DNA from: Clostridia bacterium | Lineage (GTDB): Bacteria > Bacillota > Clostridia > Christensenellales > UBA1242 | Assembly (NCBI GenBank): GCA_009929275.1 | Contig: SAAW01000003.1 | Span: forward strand, 11,529-75,528 | Direction: 5' to 3' | Length of the DNA stretch: 64,000 bases | Shown: in pieces, positions 37,272-47,593 of the stretch | Numbering within the stretch: the first letter of the stretch is position 1 | Layout of the letters: the number at the start of each line of letters is the position of its first letter | The notes under the pieces: generated by a model | Told to the model about the DNA's origin: nothing | Databases searched by the model: none | What the model saw: only the letters and a program-made list of their open reading frames with translations | Translations under genes and position numbers: made by a program

Positions 37272-39056
37272 ATGAAGAAACTAACAGCAAAACAATTAAG
37301 AGAAATGTGGATAGAATTTTATAAGGAAAAGGGGCATGCCCTCATATCTTCCTATTCTCTTGTTCCAGAAAATGACCCTTCAGTGCTTTTCACCACAGCG
37401 GGAATGCACCCGCTTGTGCCCTATCTTTTGGGTGAGAAACACCCCTGTGGTAAAAGACTTGTGGACATTCAAAAATGCGTGAGAACAGGCGATATAGACG
37501 AAGTGGGCGATGATTATCATTGCACATTTTTTGAAATGATGGGCAATTGGAGTTTGGGAGATTATTTCAAAAAAGAGCAAATTGCATGGAGTTTTGAATT
37601 TTTGACCAGCAAAAAATATTTGGATATCAAAAAAGAAGATCTATCAGTCACTGTTTTTGAAGGTGATGAGGACGCTCCAAGAGATGACGAGAGTTTTAAT
37701 GCGTGGAAAAATTGTGGCATAGACGAAAAAAAGATTTTCTTTTTGCCAAAGAAACACAACTGGTGGATTTTGGCAAGCGGAGTGGGTCCTTGCGGACCAG
37801 ACAGCGAAATGTTTATTGACACAGGAAAAGAAAAATGCTCCAAAGATTGCAACCCATCTTGCGACTGTGGGAAATATGTTGAGATTGGCAACGATGTCTT
37901 TATGCAATATGTCAAAAAGACAAAAGACGGCAAAATTGAAGAAAATAAGCAGAAAAATGTTGACGTTGGCTTTGGATTTGACAGACTATTATACATCACA
38001 AATGGGCTAAAAAGCGTTTATGACACAGAACTTTTTGTGCCGATAATCAAAAAAATTGAACAGTTGAGCGGTGTAAACTATCTTTCAAATGACGAAACAA
38101 AACGTAATATGAGGATTATTGCCGACCACATCAGAGCAAGTGTTTTTATGATTAGCGACGGAGTTCTTCCACTCAATGTCGAGCAGGGTTATGTTTTAAG
38201 GCGTCTTTTAAGACGAGCAATCAACCGTGCCAGCAGACTCAACATTGAAAGTGAAAAACTGACAGAACTTGTCGGCATCGTCGTCAATATATATAAAGAA
38301 TTTTATCCAGAATTAGTTATAAAACAAAATGAAATTATTTTTGCAATCAAAAACGAATGCGAGAAATTTTCAAAAACACTCCTTCAAGGCATCAAAGAGT
38401 TTGAAAAAGTCATTAAATTTTCTAATGAAGGTCAACTTAACGGGAAAACGGCATTCAGGCTCTATGACACATTTGGTTTTCCTTTGGAACTTACGATCGA
38501 ACTTGCGAAAGAAAAAGGTTTTTCAGTGGACGAAAAAGGCTATGAAGAGGCAAATAAATTACACATCGAAAAAAGTAAGGCAAACAATGATAAAGTTTTC
38601 AAAGGCGGACTTGCCGACACAAGCGAGCAAACAACAAGACTTCACACAGCAGTTCATCTTTTGCAAGCAGGATTAAGGAAGATTGTGAGCGAAGATATTT
38701 TTCAAAAAGGAAGCAACATAACTCCAGAGAGATTGCGTTTTGATTTCAATTGCGACCACAAATTAAGTGAAGACGAACTTCAAAAATTGGAAGATTTTGT
38801 TAATGATGCAATCAAAAAGGATATTCCCGTTGTGTGCGAAGAAATGACGCTAAACGAGGCGAAAGCTAGCGGGGCGCTAGGTGTGTTTGAAAGCAAATAT
38901 GGTGACAAAGTAAAAGTCTATACCATTGGGGATATAAGCAAAGAAATTTGCGGAGGACCTCACGCGTTAAGGATAGGCAAACTCAATCATTTTAAGATTA
39001 TTAAAGAGGAATCAAGTAGTTCAGGAGTCAGAAGAATAAAAGCAATTTTAGATTAA
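37272..39056 (+). CDS. alaS: Alanine--tRNA ligase, short form (catalytic and tRNA-recognition domains plus editing core; no C-Ala domain)
   Basis: FTTAGM, QKCVRTGDIDEVG...H.TFFEMMGNWS.GDYFK, GPCGP.SEM, RIIADH.R, GYVLRRLLRRA, FRLYDTFGFP. The editing motifs HTAVH and CGGPH are present. The protein is 594 aa and ends right after the editing core. Confidence 0.8.
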   Translation: MKKLTAKQLREMWIEFYKEKGHALISSYSLVPENDPSVLFTTAGMHPLVPYLLGEKHPCGKRLVDIQKCVRTGDIDEVGDDYHCTFFEMMGNWSLGDYFKKEQIAWSFEFLTSKKYLDIKKEDLSVTVFEGDEDAPRDDESFNAWKNCGIDEKKIFFLPKKHNWWILASGVGPCGPDSEMFIDTGKEKCSKDCNPSCDCGKYVEIGNDVFMQYVKKTKDGKIEENKQKNVDVGFGFDRLLYITNGLKSVYDTELFVPIIKKIEQLSGVNYLSNDETKRNMRIIADHIRASVFMISDGVLPLNVEQGYVLRRLLRRAINRASRLNIESEKLTELVGIVVNIYKEFYPELVIKQNEIIFAIKNECEKFSKTLLQGIKEFEKVIKFSNEGQLNGKTAFRLYDTFGFPLELTIELAKEKGFSVDEKGYEEANKLHIEKSKANNDKVFKGGLADTSEQTTRLHTAVHLLQAGLRKIVSEDIFQKGSNITPERLRFDFNCDHKLSEDELQKLEDFVNDAIKKDIPVVCEEMTLNEAKASGALGVFESKYGDKVKVYTIGDISKEICGGPHALRIGKLNHFKIIKEESSSSGVRRIKAILD

Positions 39057-39068
39057 AAGGACAAAAAT

Positions 39069-40718
39069 ATGGGGAAAAAGAAAATTCCAAAGAGTTTCAC
39101 AATTAGTTTACTAGTTTTTTTAGGCTCTTTGATTGCAATTATTGCAGTTTCTTTTTGTGTTATGTTTTTTTCTCCCGGCACAGAAATTTTAGGCTATCAA
39201 TACATCAGTTATACAAACCCTATGACAAGGACTTACACTGAATCATCAAGCGTTTCACTTTCAAATATAAATGCAATTAAGATAATCACCAATTCCAGTG
39301 CAATTTCAGTGAATGCAGGGCAAACGAACAGTCAAATATATGTGAATTATAGCAGAAATATATATGGAATTGTGAGAAGTGAAAATTCTGAGATTATTTT
39401 TAGCGATTATGTTATTACAAACGGCTCTTTTGAAGAAGACGAAATAAATGGAACATATAGAACTTTGATAATTGATATAACAGAACCCACTGGCTTTGTT
39501 TCGAGTTCAGATTCCATTGTGCAAGTCTATTTGCCATCAAACATTTTGTTTGAAGTCGTCTATCTTTCATCTGAAAATGGAAATATAATATACAATTCCA
39601 CTTCGCAAGAAAAAAACATTTCAGCCAGCAATTTATATTTGATGTCAAGTGGAGGAGATGTCACAATCAATAACACTCAAACTTGCGACAACTATTATCT
39701 TAAAACAAAAGAAGGGAAGGTAACTTTCAGCAGTGCGTCAATTTCAGCAAACAAGGTCAAATTTGAAAGCGAAGGCGGTTCGCTTAATCTAACAAACTCA
39801 ACAAACGACGCAACAATCACAGTGACAGACGGGCTTTATATAAAATCCACAGGAAATACATTTGTTTGCGTCAATGTTTTAAATGGAAATTTGAACATTG
39901 AATCACAAAGCGGGACCTTTTCTTTTGGTCAGATTGGCACTAGTTCAAGTGAAAAAGTTGTCAGTGTCAGTTCAGCACAGTCAACATTAAATTTTGGAAC
40001 GGTCTATGGCACTTTGAATGCATTTTCAAATGATGGTGTTGGGAACAGCACGATGACAGTTGCAAAATTGGTGAACACAAGTGAAAATATTGATAGCATA
40101 AGTTCAGGTTCGGGGAATGTTGTCATTGAAGAAATAAATTCGCCCTTGATTTCAATCTCTTCCACTACGGGCAATATATATCTTCAAAAAGTGTCAACGA
40201 CAACAAGTGTTTATAGTTATTCAACATCGGGAATAATTTCGGTGTCATACATTGAATCTTCAACTAGAAAACCAGAGACAAAAGTAAAAGTTTTTTCAAA
40301 AACGGGAAGCATTTCTCTTTCAAATATAAGCGGATTTTTTGAAGTTCAAGTGTTAGAGAACAGTTCATTTTCAAGGCTTGACATTGTCCTTTGTGCAGTG
40401 TGCTATGAGGCAGGAAATGAGCATACAAACATAATCTTAGCAAAAAATAGAAATATAAATTTGACATTTAAGGGTTATGAGAACGACTTGATTTGCCGAA
40501 TTTTATCTTTTAGAGAAGTTCTCTTTGTTGACAGTTCCACCTCTCAAGTGCTTGACGGTGATTTTGATTATATCCTTGACGATTATTCAGGCTATAACTA
40601 TCAATACAGAGTTGGCTATGTTCAACCCACAAACGGCGTTGGAGCAGTTTATGACGGTAAAGGCAAGATTTTTTTAACAAACACTGAAAATGTCGTTATA
40701 AGTTTTCAAATAGATTAA
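39069..40718 (+). CDS. Membrane-anchored beta-helix repeat protein (DUF4097-like putative adhesin)
   Basis: N-terminal TM, then repeated S-x-G/N-G-x-(I/V/L) strands (SENGNIIYNS, SGGDVTINN, KEGKVTFSS, EGGSLNLTN, SGSGNVVIE, TTGNIYLQ). Confidence 0.5.
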   Translation: MGKKKIPKSFTISLLVFLGSLIAIIAVSFCVMFFSPGTEILGYQYISYTNPMTRTYTESSSVSLSNINAIKIITNSSAISVNAGQTNSQIYVNYSRNIYGIVRSENSEIIFSDYVITNGSFEEDEINGTYRTLIIDITEPTGFVSSSDSIVQVYLPSNILFEVVYLSSENGNIIYNSTSQEKNISASNLYLMSSGGDVTINNTQTCDNYYLKTKEGKVTFSSASISANKVKFESEGGSLNLTNSTNDATITVTDGLYIKSTGNTFVCVNVLNGNLNIESQSGTFSFGQIGTSSSEKVVSVSSAQSTLNFGTVYGTLNAFSNDGVGNSTMTVAKLVNTSENIDSISSGSGNVVIEEINSPLISISSTTGNIYLQKVSTTTSVYSYSTSGIISVSYIESSTRKPETKVKVFSKTGSISLSNISGFFEVQVLENSSFSRLDIVLCAVCYEAGNEHTNIILAKNRNINLTFKGYENDLICRILSFREVLFVDSSTSQVLDGDFDYILDDYSGYNYQYRVGYVQPTNGVGAVYDGKGKIFLTNTENVVISFQID

Positions 40719-40777
40719 ATAAATTAATTTTTATAAAAAGTTTATTATAAACATTTTGTATTGAAATTGCGCAAAAC

Positions 40778-41923
40778 TCAAAGCCTATTATTTTTTTTAA
40801 GAAAACAATATGTCTTTGTTTCCTTTTTTCTTGACCTTTTTAGAGTAAAATATACAACAACTGAAAGAGTTATCAACAAAACAATAATAAAAATGGTGAT
40901 GTTTTCAATATATTTATCTTGAAAGTTTTGCGTGGAATTAAATTCTTCAAGCACATTTGTCACAAGATTTTCTTCATCGCTCTCCAAAATCTCATCGCTG
41001 ACGACAAGAGAATTATCTTCTTGCACAAGAGTGGAAAAAAGTGTCTTATCCACAACATTCGCAAGATAATGGACAGTGTCTAAAACCAAATCCTTTTCGG
41101 CAAGATATGTTCCCATTTCAAAGAGAAGTGCCTTGCTTGAAAGGGCTTGATTATAGTGTCCTTTTGCAAAATAAATATCAAGGAAAAGCCAAGGGCAAAA
41201 TTCTTCAGCAACTGAAATAAGATACATTGCAAATTGCAAGTTTGCTTCACTGTTTTCGTTTGCTTGTCCGATGACAATTCGCACCTTGCACCTCTCAACC
41301 CCATTAATAGTTTTGACATACACAGAGCGACTAACTCCGTCTCTATGAATGTCAAAAAGTGCACTCACATTTTTTTCAAGCAGTCTTTTTGCGGTCGTCG
41401 CGCTTCTGGTGTAGGCACTGCTGTTGTGAGGAATATGGAGTGTTTCGTCGAGATAAACAGTGTAGTCAAGGTTGGCGAAAATATCAGCAAGACTTTCTGC
41501 CACTTCGTGAATTCCCCCTGCTCCATAGATTGAAGACACTCCGTCGGTGGGGACGTAACTCTCGTCGTTATGAGTCATATATAGCCCAACTGATTTTTGA
41601 ATGTTTGAACTAAGGTTAAGTTTTCCCTTATTATCTTTATAGACAATTTTTGGCTTTAAATATCTGCCCACATATTCAGCATAGGCAGAAAGTGTATTTT
41701 CATCAACAGAATAAACTTCATATTGCTTAAAATCTTTTGTGATGAAAATGTCGCCCTCCTCCACCACATTGCTTTCAAACAAAACATTGTTAAGTTCGTC
41801 ATAAATGAGATAAATAGAAACACTGCTGTCTTCTGTGTATGCAAAACAAGCACTTGTTTTGCAAAAAGGTGAGAGCAGAAAAAAAACTGTGAAAATAAAT
41901 AAAAAAATCTTATGTAATTTCAT
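40778..41923 (-). CDS. spoIIP: Stage II sporulation protein P (SpoIIP)-family amidase homologue
   Basis: LYMTHNDESY, DIHRDG and HYNQAL..KALLFEMG parallel the B. subtilis SpoIIP blocks IYHTHNRES, DIHRD and YNQDL..ALLLEFG. N-terminal signal peptide plus a C-terminal TM. Confidence 0.7.
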   Translation of the reverse strand: MKLHKIFLFIFTVFFLLSPFCKTSACFAYTEDSSVSIYLIYDELNNVLFESNVVEEGDIFITKDFKQYEVYSVDENTLSAYAEYVGRYLKPKIVYKDNKGKLNLSSNIQKSVGLYMTHNDESYVPTDGVSSIYGAGGIHEVAESLADIFANLDYTVYLDETLHIPHNSSAYTRSATTAKRLLEKNVSALFDIHRDGVSRSVYVKTINGVERCKVRIVIGQANENSEANLQFAMYLISVAEEFCPWLFLDIYFAKGHYNQALSSKALLFEMGTYLAEKDLVLDTVHYLANVVDKTLFSTLVQEDNSLVVSDEILESDEENLVTNVLEEFNSTQNFQDKYIENITIFIIVLLITLSVVVYFTLKRSRKKETKTYCFLKKNNRL

Positions 41924-41962
41924 AAGATTAGTTTAACTTTATAGTAAAAAATTATTTGTTTT

Positions 41963-42301
41963 CTATAAATTTATTTCGGTGACGACGATGTTGCTTTTTG
42001 TGTTTAAGATGTTTTTTATGAAAATATCACCAATATATATTTTTTCTGGCACTTTTTTTCTGGCAATTTCTCTTAAAATTTCATCGATTAATTTTTTAGG
42101 AATAGGTCTATCCGTTTTAAGGCAAATTGTTCCATTTTTATAGTTTTTCACAGTCGTCACAATTCTTTCTGGGGCAGTAATTTCTTTTGCCCCATATTCT
42201 GCTCCGCGTGGGCAAGCATTCCCTGTCACAATAATATCTTCACCATTTTTTTCCACTTTGAGTGTGCAACCCACTGGGCACATAATGCAAGTCAATTCCA
42301 T
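41963..42301 (-). CDS. DUF1667 domain protein (third subunit-like member of the clostridial glycerol-3-P oxidoreductase cluster)
   Basis: CIMCPVGC...GN.CPRGAEYG pattern. The start at 42301 (MELTC) is preferred over 42349 because it removes the overlap and has an upstream AAAGGAAAA. Confidence 0.75.
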   Translation of the reverse strand: MELTCIMCPVGCTLKVEKNGEDIIVTGNACPRGAEYGAKEITAPERIVTTVKNYKNGTICLKTDRPIPKKLIDEILREIARKKVPEKIYIGDIFIKNILNTKSNIVVTEINL

Positions 42302-42317
42302 AATTTTTCCTTTTAAT

Positions 42318-43556
42318 TTAGTTTGTCTTAATAAGAACTTCAAGGTCACTACGTAGCCCTTTTTTAGAAAGGATTACACTTTCCATTTCGGCTGGCAAAA
42401 GAATATTTTTATTAATTTCTCGGATTATTTTTCCATTCCCCATAACAATGATTTTGGCGTTTTTAAATATGTTTGACACCCTAAAATTAATGGTTAAAAT
42501 ACCATCACTTTCATAATAATTTGAAGGGTTTACATAACGAACCCCAAATCCATTTTTAATGAAATTTGACTTTCCACGAGAAAGCAAGTTTTTAACAAAT
42601 TTTGCACTATTTTCTCCTGCTCGCTCGGCTTCTTTTGACACATTATCCACAATGTCATGCACGTGTAATCCGTTGCCACATGCAAAAATTCCGTCAATAG
42701 AAGTTTGCAAATATTCGTCGACAACCGCTCCTCCTGTTATGGCATTTTGTTTCACTCCAAATTTTATTGCAACCTCATTTTCAGGCACAAGTCCAATGCT
42801 TAGGACGACTGCGTCACAAGAAATGAGTTCTTTTTTTGTCAAATCAAAAGAATAGTCGCTATTCACAGGAGCAACATACACTCCCTTAACCCTGTCTTCT
42901 CCCACAACTTCCACGACCGTTTTTGAAAGATGAAGAGGAATGTTATAGTCTTCAAGGCACTGCACGATGTTCCTCTTTAACCCCGAAGGGTATGGCATAA
43001 TCTCATAGACGCCGATGACATTTGCCCCCTCAAAGCGAAGCCTCCTAGCCATAATTAGCCCAATGTCACCACTGCCCACAATGACAATATTTTTGCCAAT
43101 CATTTTGCCATATATATTCACAAATTTTTGAGCGCTTCCTGCGGAAATCACGCCAGCGGGACGACTGCCACAAAGGGAAATTGCTCCAGCAGGGCGTTCT
43201 CTACAACCTGTCGCAAGGACGATTGATTTTGCAGAAATTTTGAAAAGACCAGAGCCATTTATGACAGTGATTTCAAAATTATTTTCAATTTTAAGAACAG
43301 TCGATAAAAGAAAAACTTTTATGTTGCTTTTTTTCACTTTTTCAATGAAAAGATTTGCATATTCAGGCCCCGTGAGTTCTTTTTTAAAATAATTCAGCCC
43401 AAAACCATTGTGTATACATTGATTAAGTATGCCACCAAGGCGGTCGTCACGTTCAATAATAGCGACACTCACTCCATTCTCTTTTGCTTTTAAAGCACTT
43501 GCCATTCCAGCGCTTCCTCCGCCAATCACAACGACATCAAAACTAATCATTTTCAT
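42318..43556 (-). CDS. NAD(P)/FAD-dependent pyridine nucleotide-disulfide oxidoreductase
   Basis: Two Rossmann dinucleotide motifs, VVVIGGGSAG and IVIVGSGDIG. GGAGG RBS. Overlaps the upstream gene by 14 nt. Confidence 0.8.
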   Translation of the reverse strand: MKMISFDVVVIGGGSAGMASALKAKENGVSVAIIERDDRLGGILNQCIHNGFGLNYFKKELTGPEYANLFIEKVKKSNIKVFLLSTVLKIENNFEITVINGSGLFKISAKSIVLATGCRERPAGAISLCGSRPAGVISAGSAQKFVNIYGKMIGKNIVIVGSGDIGLIMARRLRFEGANVIGVYEIMPYPSGLKRNIVQCLEDYNIPLHLSKTVVEVVGEDRVKGVYVAPVNSDYSFDLTKKELISCDAVVLSIGLVPENEVAIKFGVKQNAITGGAVVDEYLQTSIDGIFACGNGLHVHDIVDNVSKEAERAGENSAKFVKNLLSRGKSNFIKNGFGVRYVNPSNYYESDGILTINFRVSNIFKNAKIIVMGNGKIIREINKNILLPAEMESVILSKKGLRSDLEVLIKTN

Positions 43557-44988
43557 AAATTCCGCCCTCCTTTATGTCGCTTAGGACAAGACTTTGTTTT
43601 CCACGCATAATAATTTTTTCTTCTGGCAGTTTGTAGAATTCGCTCATAACTTTAACAAGGGTGGAATAGCAAAAAGAGCCCTGACAATGTCCCATTGTCG
43701 CACGCAGTCGCCTCTTAACTCCGTCGGTTGTGAGAGGAGAGATAGGTCCTCTCAAAACTTCAAGTACCTCACCTTTTGAAAGAGTCTCGCAGTTACACAC
43801 AATCTCGCCATAATCCTTATTTTTTTTGATGAGAACATTCAATTTTTGAGGAGATAGATTTAATATGTTAGTGTAAACTTTTCGTTTTTTTAGTTTCACT
43901 TTTTTTGTCTTCAAATTTTGCTCATTCACAAGTTTGTCCACAACAAATTTTGCAATGGCAGGAGCACTTGAAAGACCGGGAGAGCAAATTCCCGCAATAG
44001 TCACAAAACCTTTATTTTTTTCACTAAAATCAAATTCAAAATCGTCGCCAACTTTCACCCGCACGCCAGCATAAAGCTTAATCACTTTTTTATAATTAAC
44101 ATTTTTGATAATTAAAGAACTCTTAGATTTTATCTCGTTTATGCTGTCATAAGAAAACGAGGTGTCATATGTGGAGACATCTTTTGCCGTTGGTCCCAAA
44201 AAGAAATTTCCGTGAGTGGTGGGACAAGCCACGATCCCTTTGCTTTTTTCAGTGGGAATGGGGAAAATTGGCCGTGAAACAAAGCCAGGCTGGCTGTTGT
44301 CAAAGAGCATATATTCGCCTTTTACAAGAGAGATGTCAAATTGCTTTTCATCAATGAGGGAGTTCACACTATTTACATTTTCGGCAGTGCAATTTATAAC
44401 AAATTCGGCAGTAATTGTGTCATTTCCGTTTGAAATTTCAAAGCGATTGTCAATTTTTTTAATGGAAGTGGCGTCAAAATTAAGCAGAAGTTTTCCACCA
44501 TTTACGATTGCCTCTTCGCAAAGGGAAATGCAAAAGGTGTATGGCGAGATGATCTTTGCATCAGGGCTAAAAAGTCCAAAACAAATATTGTCGTTTAAGT
44601 TTGGTTCGAGGGCATGAAGTTCATCTTTTTCAATTATTCTAATGTTTTTTACTCCATTATATATGCCACGCTCAAGCAGAGTTTTCAAAGTTTCAAGCCC
44701 GTTTTCATCTCCCACAACAAGCGATCCGCAGTCTAAAATTTTTTCTCCAAGTCGTTTTGCAATTTTAGGGAACATTTTGTTTCCCAAAACATTAAATTTT
44801 GCCTTTAAAGTGTCTTTTGCACAGTCATAACCTGCGTGAATAATCCCACTATTTGCCTTTGAGGCCCCCAGACAAACGTCCTCACCTTTTTCCAGCAAAA
44901 TGGCTTTTACACCTCTTTGCGTTAGAGTGTTAAAAACGAAAGCCCCCACAATGCCTGCCCCCAAAATTACAACTGAAGTTTTTTGCAT
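43543..44988 (-). CDS. FAD-dependent glycerol-3-phosphate dehydrogenase/oxidase-like protein with C-terminal BFD-like [2Fe-2S] domain
   Basis: VVILGAGIVGA FAD motif and a DAO-family body. C-terminal Cys pairs C.CE...C.GSFC. Divergent from glpK. Confidence 0.7.
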   Translation of the reverse strand: MQKTSVVILGAGIVGAFVFNTLTQRGVKAILLEKGEDVCLGASKANSGIIHAGYDCAKDTLKAKFNVLGNKMFPKIAKRLGEKILDCGSLVVGDENGLETLKTLLERGIYNGVKNIRIIEKDELHALEPNLNDNICFGLFSPDAKIISPYTFCISLCEEAIVNGGKLLLNFDATSIKKIDNRFEISNGNDTITAEFVINCTAENVNSVNSLIDEKQFDISLVKGEYMLFDNSQPGFVSRPIFPIPTEKSKGIVACPTTHGNFFLGPTAKDVSTYDTSFSYDSINEIKSKSSLIIKNVNYKKVIKLYAGVRVKVGDDFEFDFSEKNKGFVTIAGICSPGLSSAPAIAKFVVDKLVNEQNLKTKKVKLKKRKVYTNILNLSPQKLNVLIKKNKDYGEIVCNCETLSKGEVLEVLRGPISPLTTDGVKRRLRATMGHCQGSFCYSTLVKVMSEFYKLPEEKIIMRGKQSLVLSDIKEGGIYEND

Positions 44989-45143
44989 CAAGTTTTCCTT
45001 TTTATTTGTTTTAATAAAAATAGCATAGATTTTAAAGCACCAAAAGTCAAACGAATAGTAAATAAAAGTGCTTTGATTATATTATAATTAATGTTAAAAT
45101 AATAATGTATTAATTATTGGGTAAAATTTTGTCAGAGGTAAAA

Positions 45144-46628
45144 ATGAAATATATCTTAACGATAGATGCAGGCACAACATCTGTGAGAGCCATTCTTTTT
45201 GATAAAGAAAAGGGTAATATTTTTAAGGTTGAAAAGGAACCATTCAAACAATATTTTCCCAGGCAGGCTTGGGTGGAACACGATGCAAATGAGATTTGGC
45301 AAAAGATAAAAAAATGCATTTTAAAAGTTTGCGACGGGGTTGACACAGCGGAAATTTTTGGAGTGGGCATTTCCAACCAACGCGAAACGACAGTGGCGTG
45401 GGATAAGACAACAGGCGAACCTCTTGCAAAAGCAATCGTTTGGCAATGCAGGCGAACTTCAAAAATTTGTGAGGGGTTAAAAAATAGTTCAAAATGCAAC
45501 GCAATTCACAAAAAAACAGGCTTAATCCCCGACGCCTATTTTTCGGCAACGAAGATGAGGTGGCTTATTGAAAACAACCAAGAAGTCAAAAATGCATTAG
45601 AAGAAGAAAGATTATGTTTTGGAACAGTGGAAAGTTTTTTGGTCTTTAAACTCACAAACGGCAAAAGTTTTGTGACAGATGTGACAAACGCTAGTAGAAC
45701 AATGCTTTTTAACATTTTGACTCTTGACTGGGACAACGACTTGATGAAACTCTTTGGGATTCCATTTTCAACCTTGCCAAAAGTTGTGAGTAATGATGAA
45801 ATTGTCGGAGAAACTGACATTTTAGGAAAACCCATAAAAGTTGCAGGGCTCATTGGAGATCAACAAAGTTCACTTTTTGGGCAAGGCTGTTTTGAAAAAG
45901 GTATGGCAAAAAACACATATGGCACAGGTTGCTTTATGCTTTTAAACACAGGAGATATGCCAATATGGAGCAAAAATGGACTGTTGACCACAGTCGCGTT
46001 CAAAGTTAAGAACAAAGTGTGCTACGCACTTGAAGGAAGCGTGTTTAATGCGGGAAGTGTCGTGGATTGGGCTGTTCAAAATCTAGGTATCGCCACCGAC
46101 GCGAACGAACTCACAGACCTCGCAACGAGTTTAACAGACAACGAGAATGTCTATCTTATCCCTGCTTTCACAGGGCTTGGCACGCCATATTGGGATATGG
46201 ACGCAAGAGGAATGATAACGGGCATAACGCGAGCGACAGACAAAAGACACATTGCCAGAGCAGTGCTTGAGAGTATGGCTTTCTCCACTTTTAATGTGTT
46301 AAATGCAATGAAAAAAGAAGTGAAGACAGAGATCAAAGAATTGCATGTGGACGGTGGCGGAAGTCAAAACGATTTTCTTATGCAATTTCAGTGCGACCTT
46401 TTGCAAACAAAACTGAAAAAATATAATTTGGAAAGCACTTGTATGGGGATTATTTTTATGACCGGATTGGCGACTGGCGCATATAAAAATATCAGCGAAT
46501 TAAAAAAAGAAGTTGTTTCAAAAAGGAATTTTATGCCTGAAAGAACGGAAAAGGAAATGGCGACTTTCATTTCGGGCTGGCATAACGCTTTGAAAAGAAG
46601 TCTGACAAAACATAATTTTGACAAATAA
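45144..46628 (+). CDS. glpK: Glycerol kinase
   Basis: ILTIDAGTTS.RAILFD, GISNQRETTV.WD, IWQC.RT, YFSATK..W, GDQQ..LFGQ, NTYGTGCF, VDGG. The ATG at 45144 follows GAGGT. Confidence 0.9.
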   Translation: MKYILTIDAGTTSVRAILFDKEKGNIFKVEKEPFKQYFPRQAWVEHDANEIWQKIKKCILKVCDGVDTAEIFGVGISNQRETTVAWDKTTGEPLAKAIVWQCRRTSKICEGLKNSSKCNAIHKKTGLIPDAYFSATKMRWLIENNQEVKNALEEERLCFGTVESFLVFKLTNGKSFVTDVTNASRTMLFNILTLDWDNDLMKLFGIPFSTLPKVVSNDEIVGETDILGKPIKVAGLIGDQQSSLFGQGCFEKGMAKNTYGTGCFMLLNTGDMPIWSKNGLLTTVAFKVKNKVCYALEGSVFNAGSVVDWAVQNLGIATDANELTDLATSLTDNENVYLIPAFTGLGTPYWDMDARGMITGITRATDKRHIARAVLESMAFSTFNVLNAMKKEVKTEIKELHVDGGGSQNDFLMQFQCDLLQTKLKKYNLESTCMGIIFMTGLATGAYKNISELKKEVVSKRNFMPERTEKEMATFISGWHNALKRSLTKHNFDK

Positions 46629-46683
46629 ATAGCCAATAAAAAAAGATAATAATAAAATGAAAATGAAAAAAAGGGGAAATAAA

Positions 46684-47577
46684 ATGAAAGAACAATTTTT
46701 TGAAAGTTTTGACAAGGAAAAAATCTATTGTTATGAATGGAATGAAGTGGAAAAACCTGTGGGAATTGTGCAAATTATTCACGGAATGGCGGAGCACGCA
46801 AAGAGATATGACGAGTTTGCAAGAAAACTAAATGAAGCAGGGTTCATTGTCTTTGCCGACGACCACCGTGCTCACGGAAAGACTTCTGGTGTTGATAAAT
46901 TGGGAATGTATGACGGAGTGGATTTGTTTGAAGACACTCTCCAAGACGAGATTTTCTTCTCAAAAATGTTAAAAGAAAAATATAAACTCCCACTTTTCAT
47001 TTTTGGACATAGTTACGGCTCATTTTTGTGCCAAGCCTACATTGAGAAATGTAATATATATGAGAAAGCAATTCTTTGCGGAAGTGCATTAATGAAAGAT
47101 AGACTAGATGTTAAGTTTGCAAAAATAATTGCAAAAATGACACTTAAACATAAAGGCAAAGATGCTCCAGCAAAACTCATCGAAAAGATTAATTATGGCG
47201 GATATAACAAAAAAGTTAAGGTGGGAAGTTGGCTTAATAGTGACGAAGCAAAAGCAAGAGAATACTATAAAGACAAATTTAACGGCAAGCCAATGAGTGC
47301 GAAATTTTATGTCGACTTTTTCTGCGCTTTTGACAGAATATATAAGAAAGAATACACAGACGGAATTGACAGGAAAAAGCCTATTCTTTTAATTTCAGGC
47401 AAAAATGACCCAGTGGGAAATATGGGGAAAAGTGTTCAAAAATTATATCAATTTTACATTGAACTAGATGTCGCAGATGTCAAAATGAAAATTTATGACG
47501 GAGCAAGACACGAGATTTTGAACGAACCAACAAGGGAAAAAGTGTATGCAGATGTCATCGCTTTCCTTAAAAAATAA
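46684..47577 (+). CDS. Alpha/beta hydrolase (lysophospholipase/monoacylglycerol lipase-like)
   Basis: IIHGMAEHAKRY, DDHRAHGKT, nucleophile elbow GHSYGS, late HE. Sits next to the glycerol genes. Confidence 0.8.
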   Translation: MKEQFFESFDKEKIYCYEWNEVEKPVGIVQIIHGMAEHAKRYDEFARKLNEAGFIVFADDHRAHGKTSGVDKLGMYDGVDLFEDTLQDEIFFSKMLKEKYKLPLFIFGHSYGSFLCQAYIEKCNIYEKAILCGSALMKDRLDVKFAKIIAKMTLKHKGKDAPAKLIEKINYGGYNKKVKVGSWLNSDEAKAREYYKDKFNGKPMSAKFYVDFFCAFDRIYKKEYTDGIDRKKPILLISGKNDPVGNMGKSVQKLYQFYIELDVADVKMKIYDGARHEILNEPTREKVYADVIAFLKK

Positions 47578-47593
47578 ATTTGAAAGTAAGATA

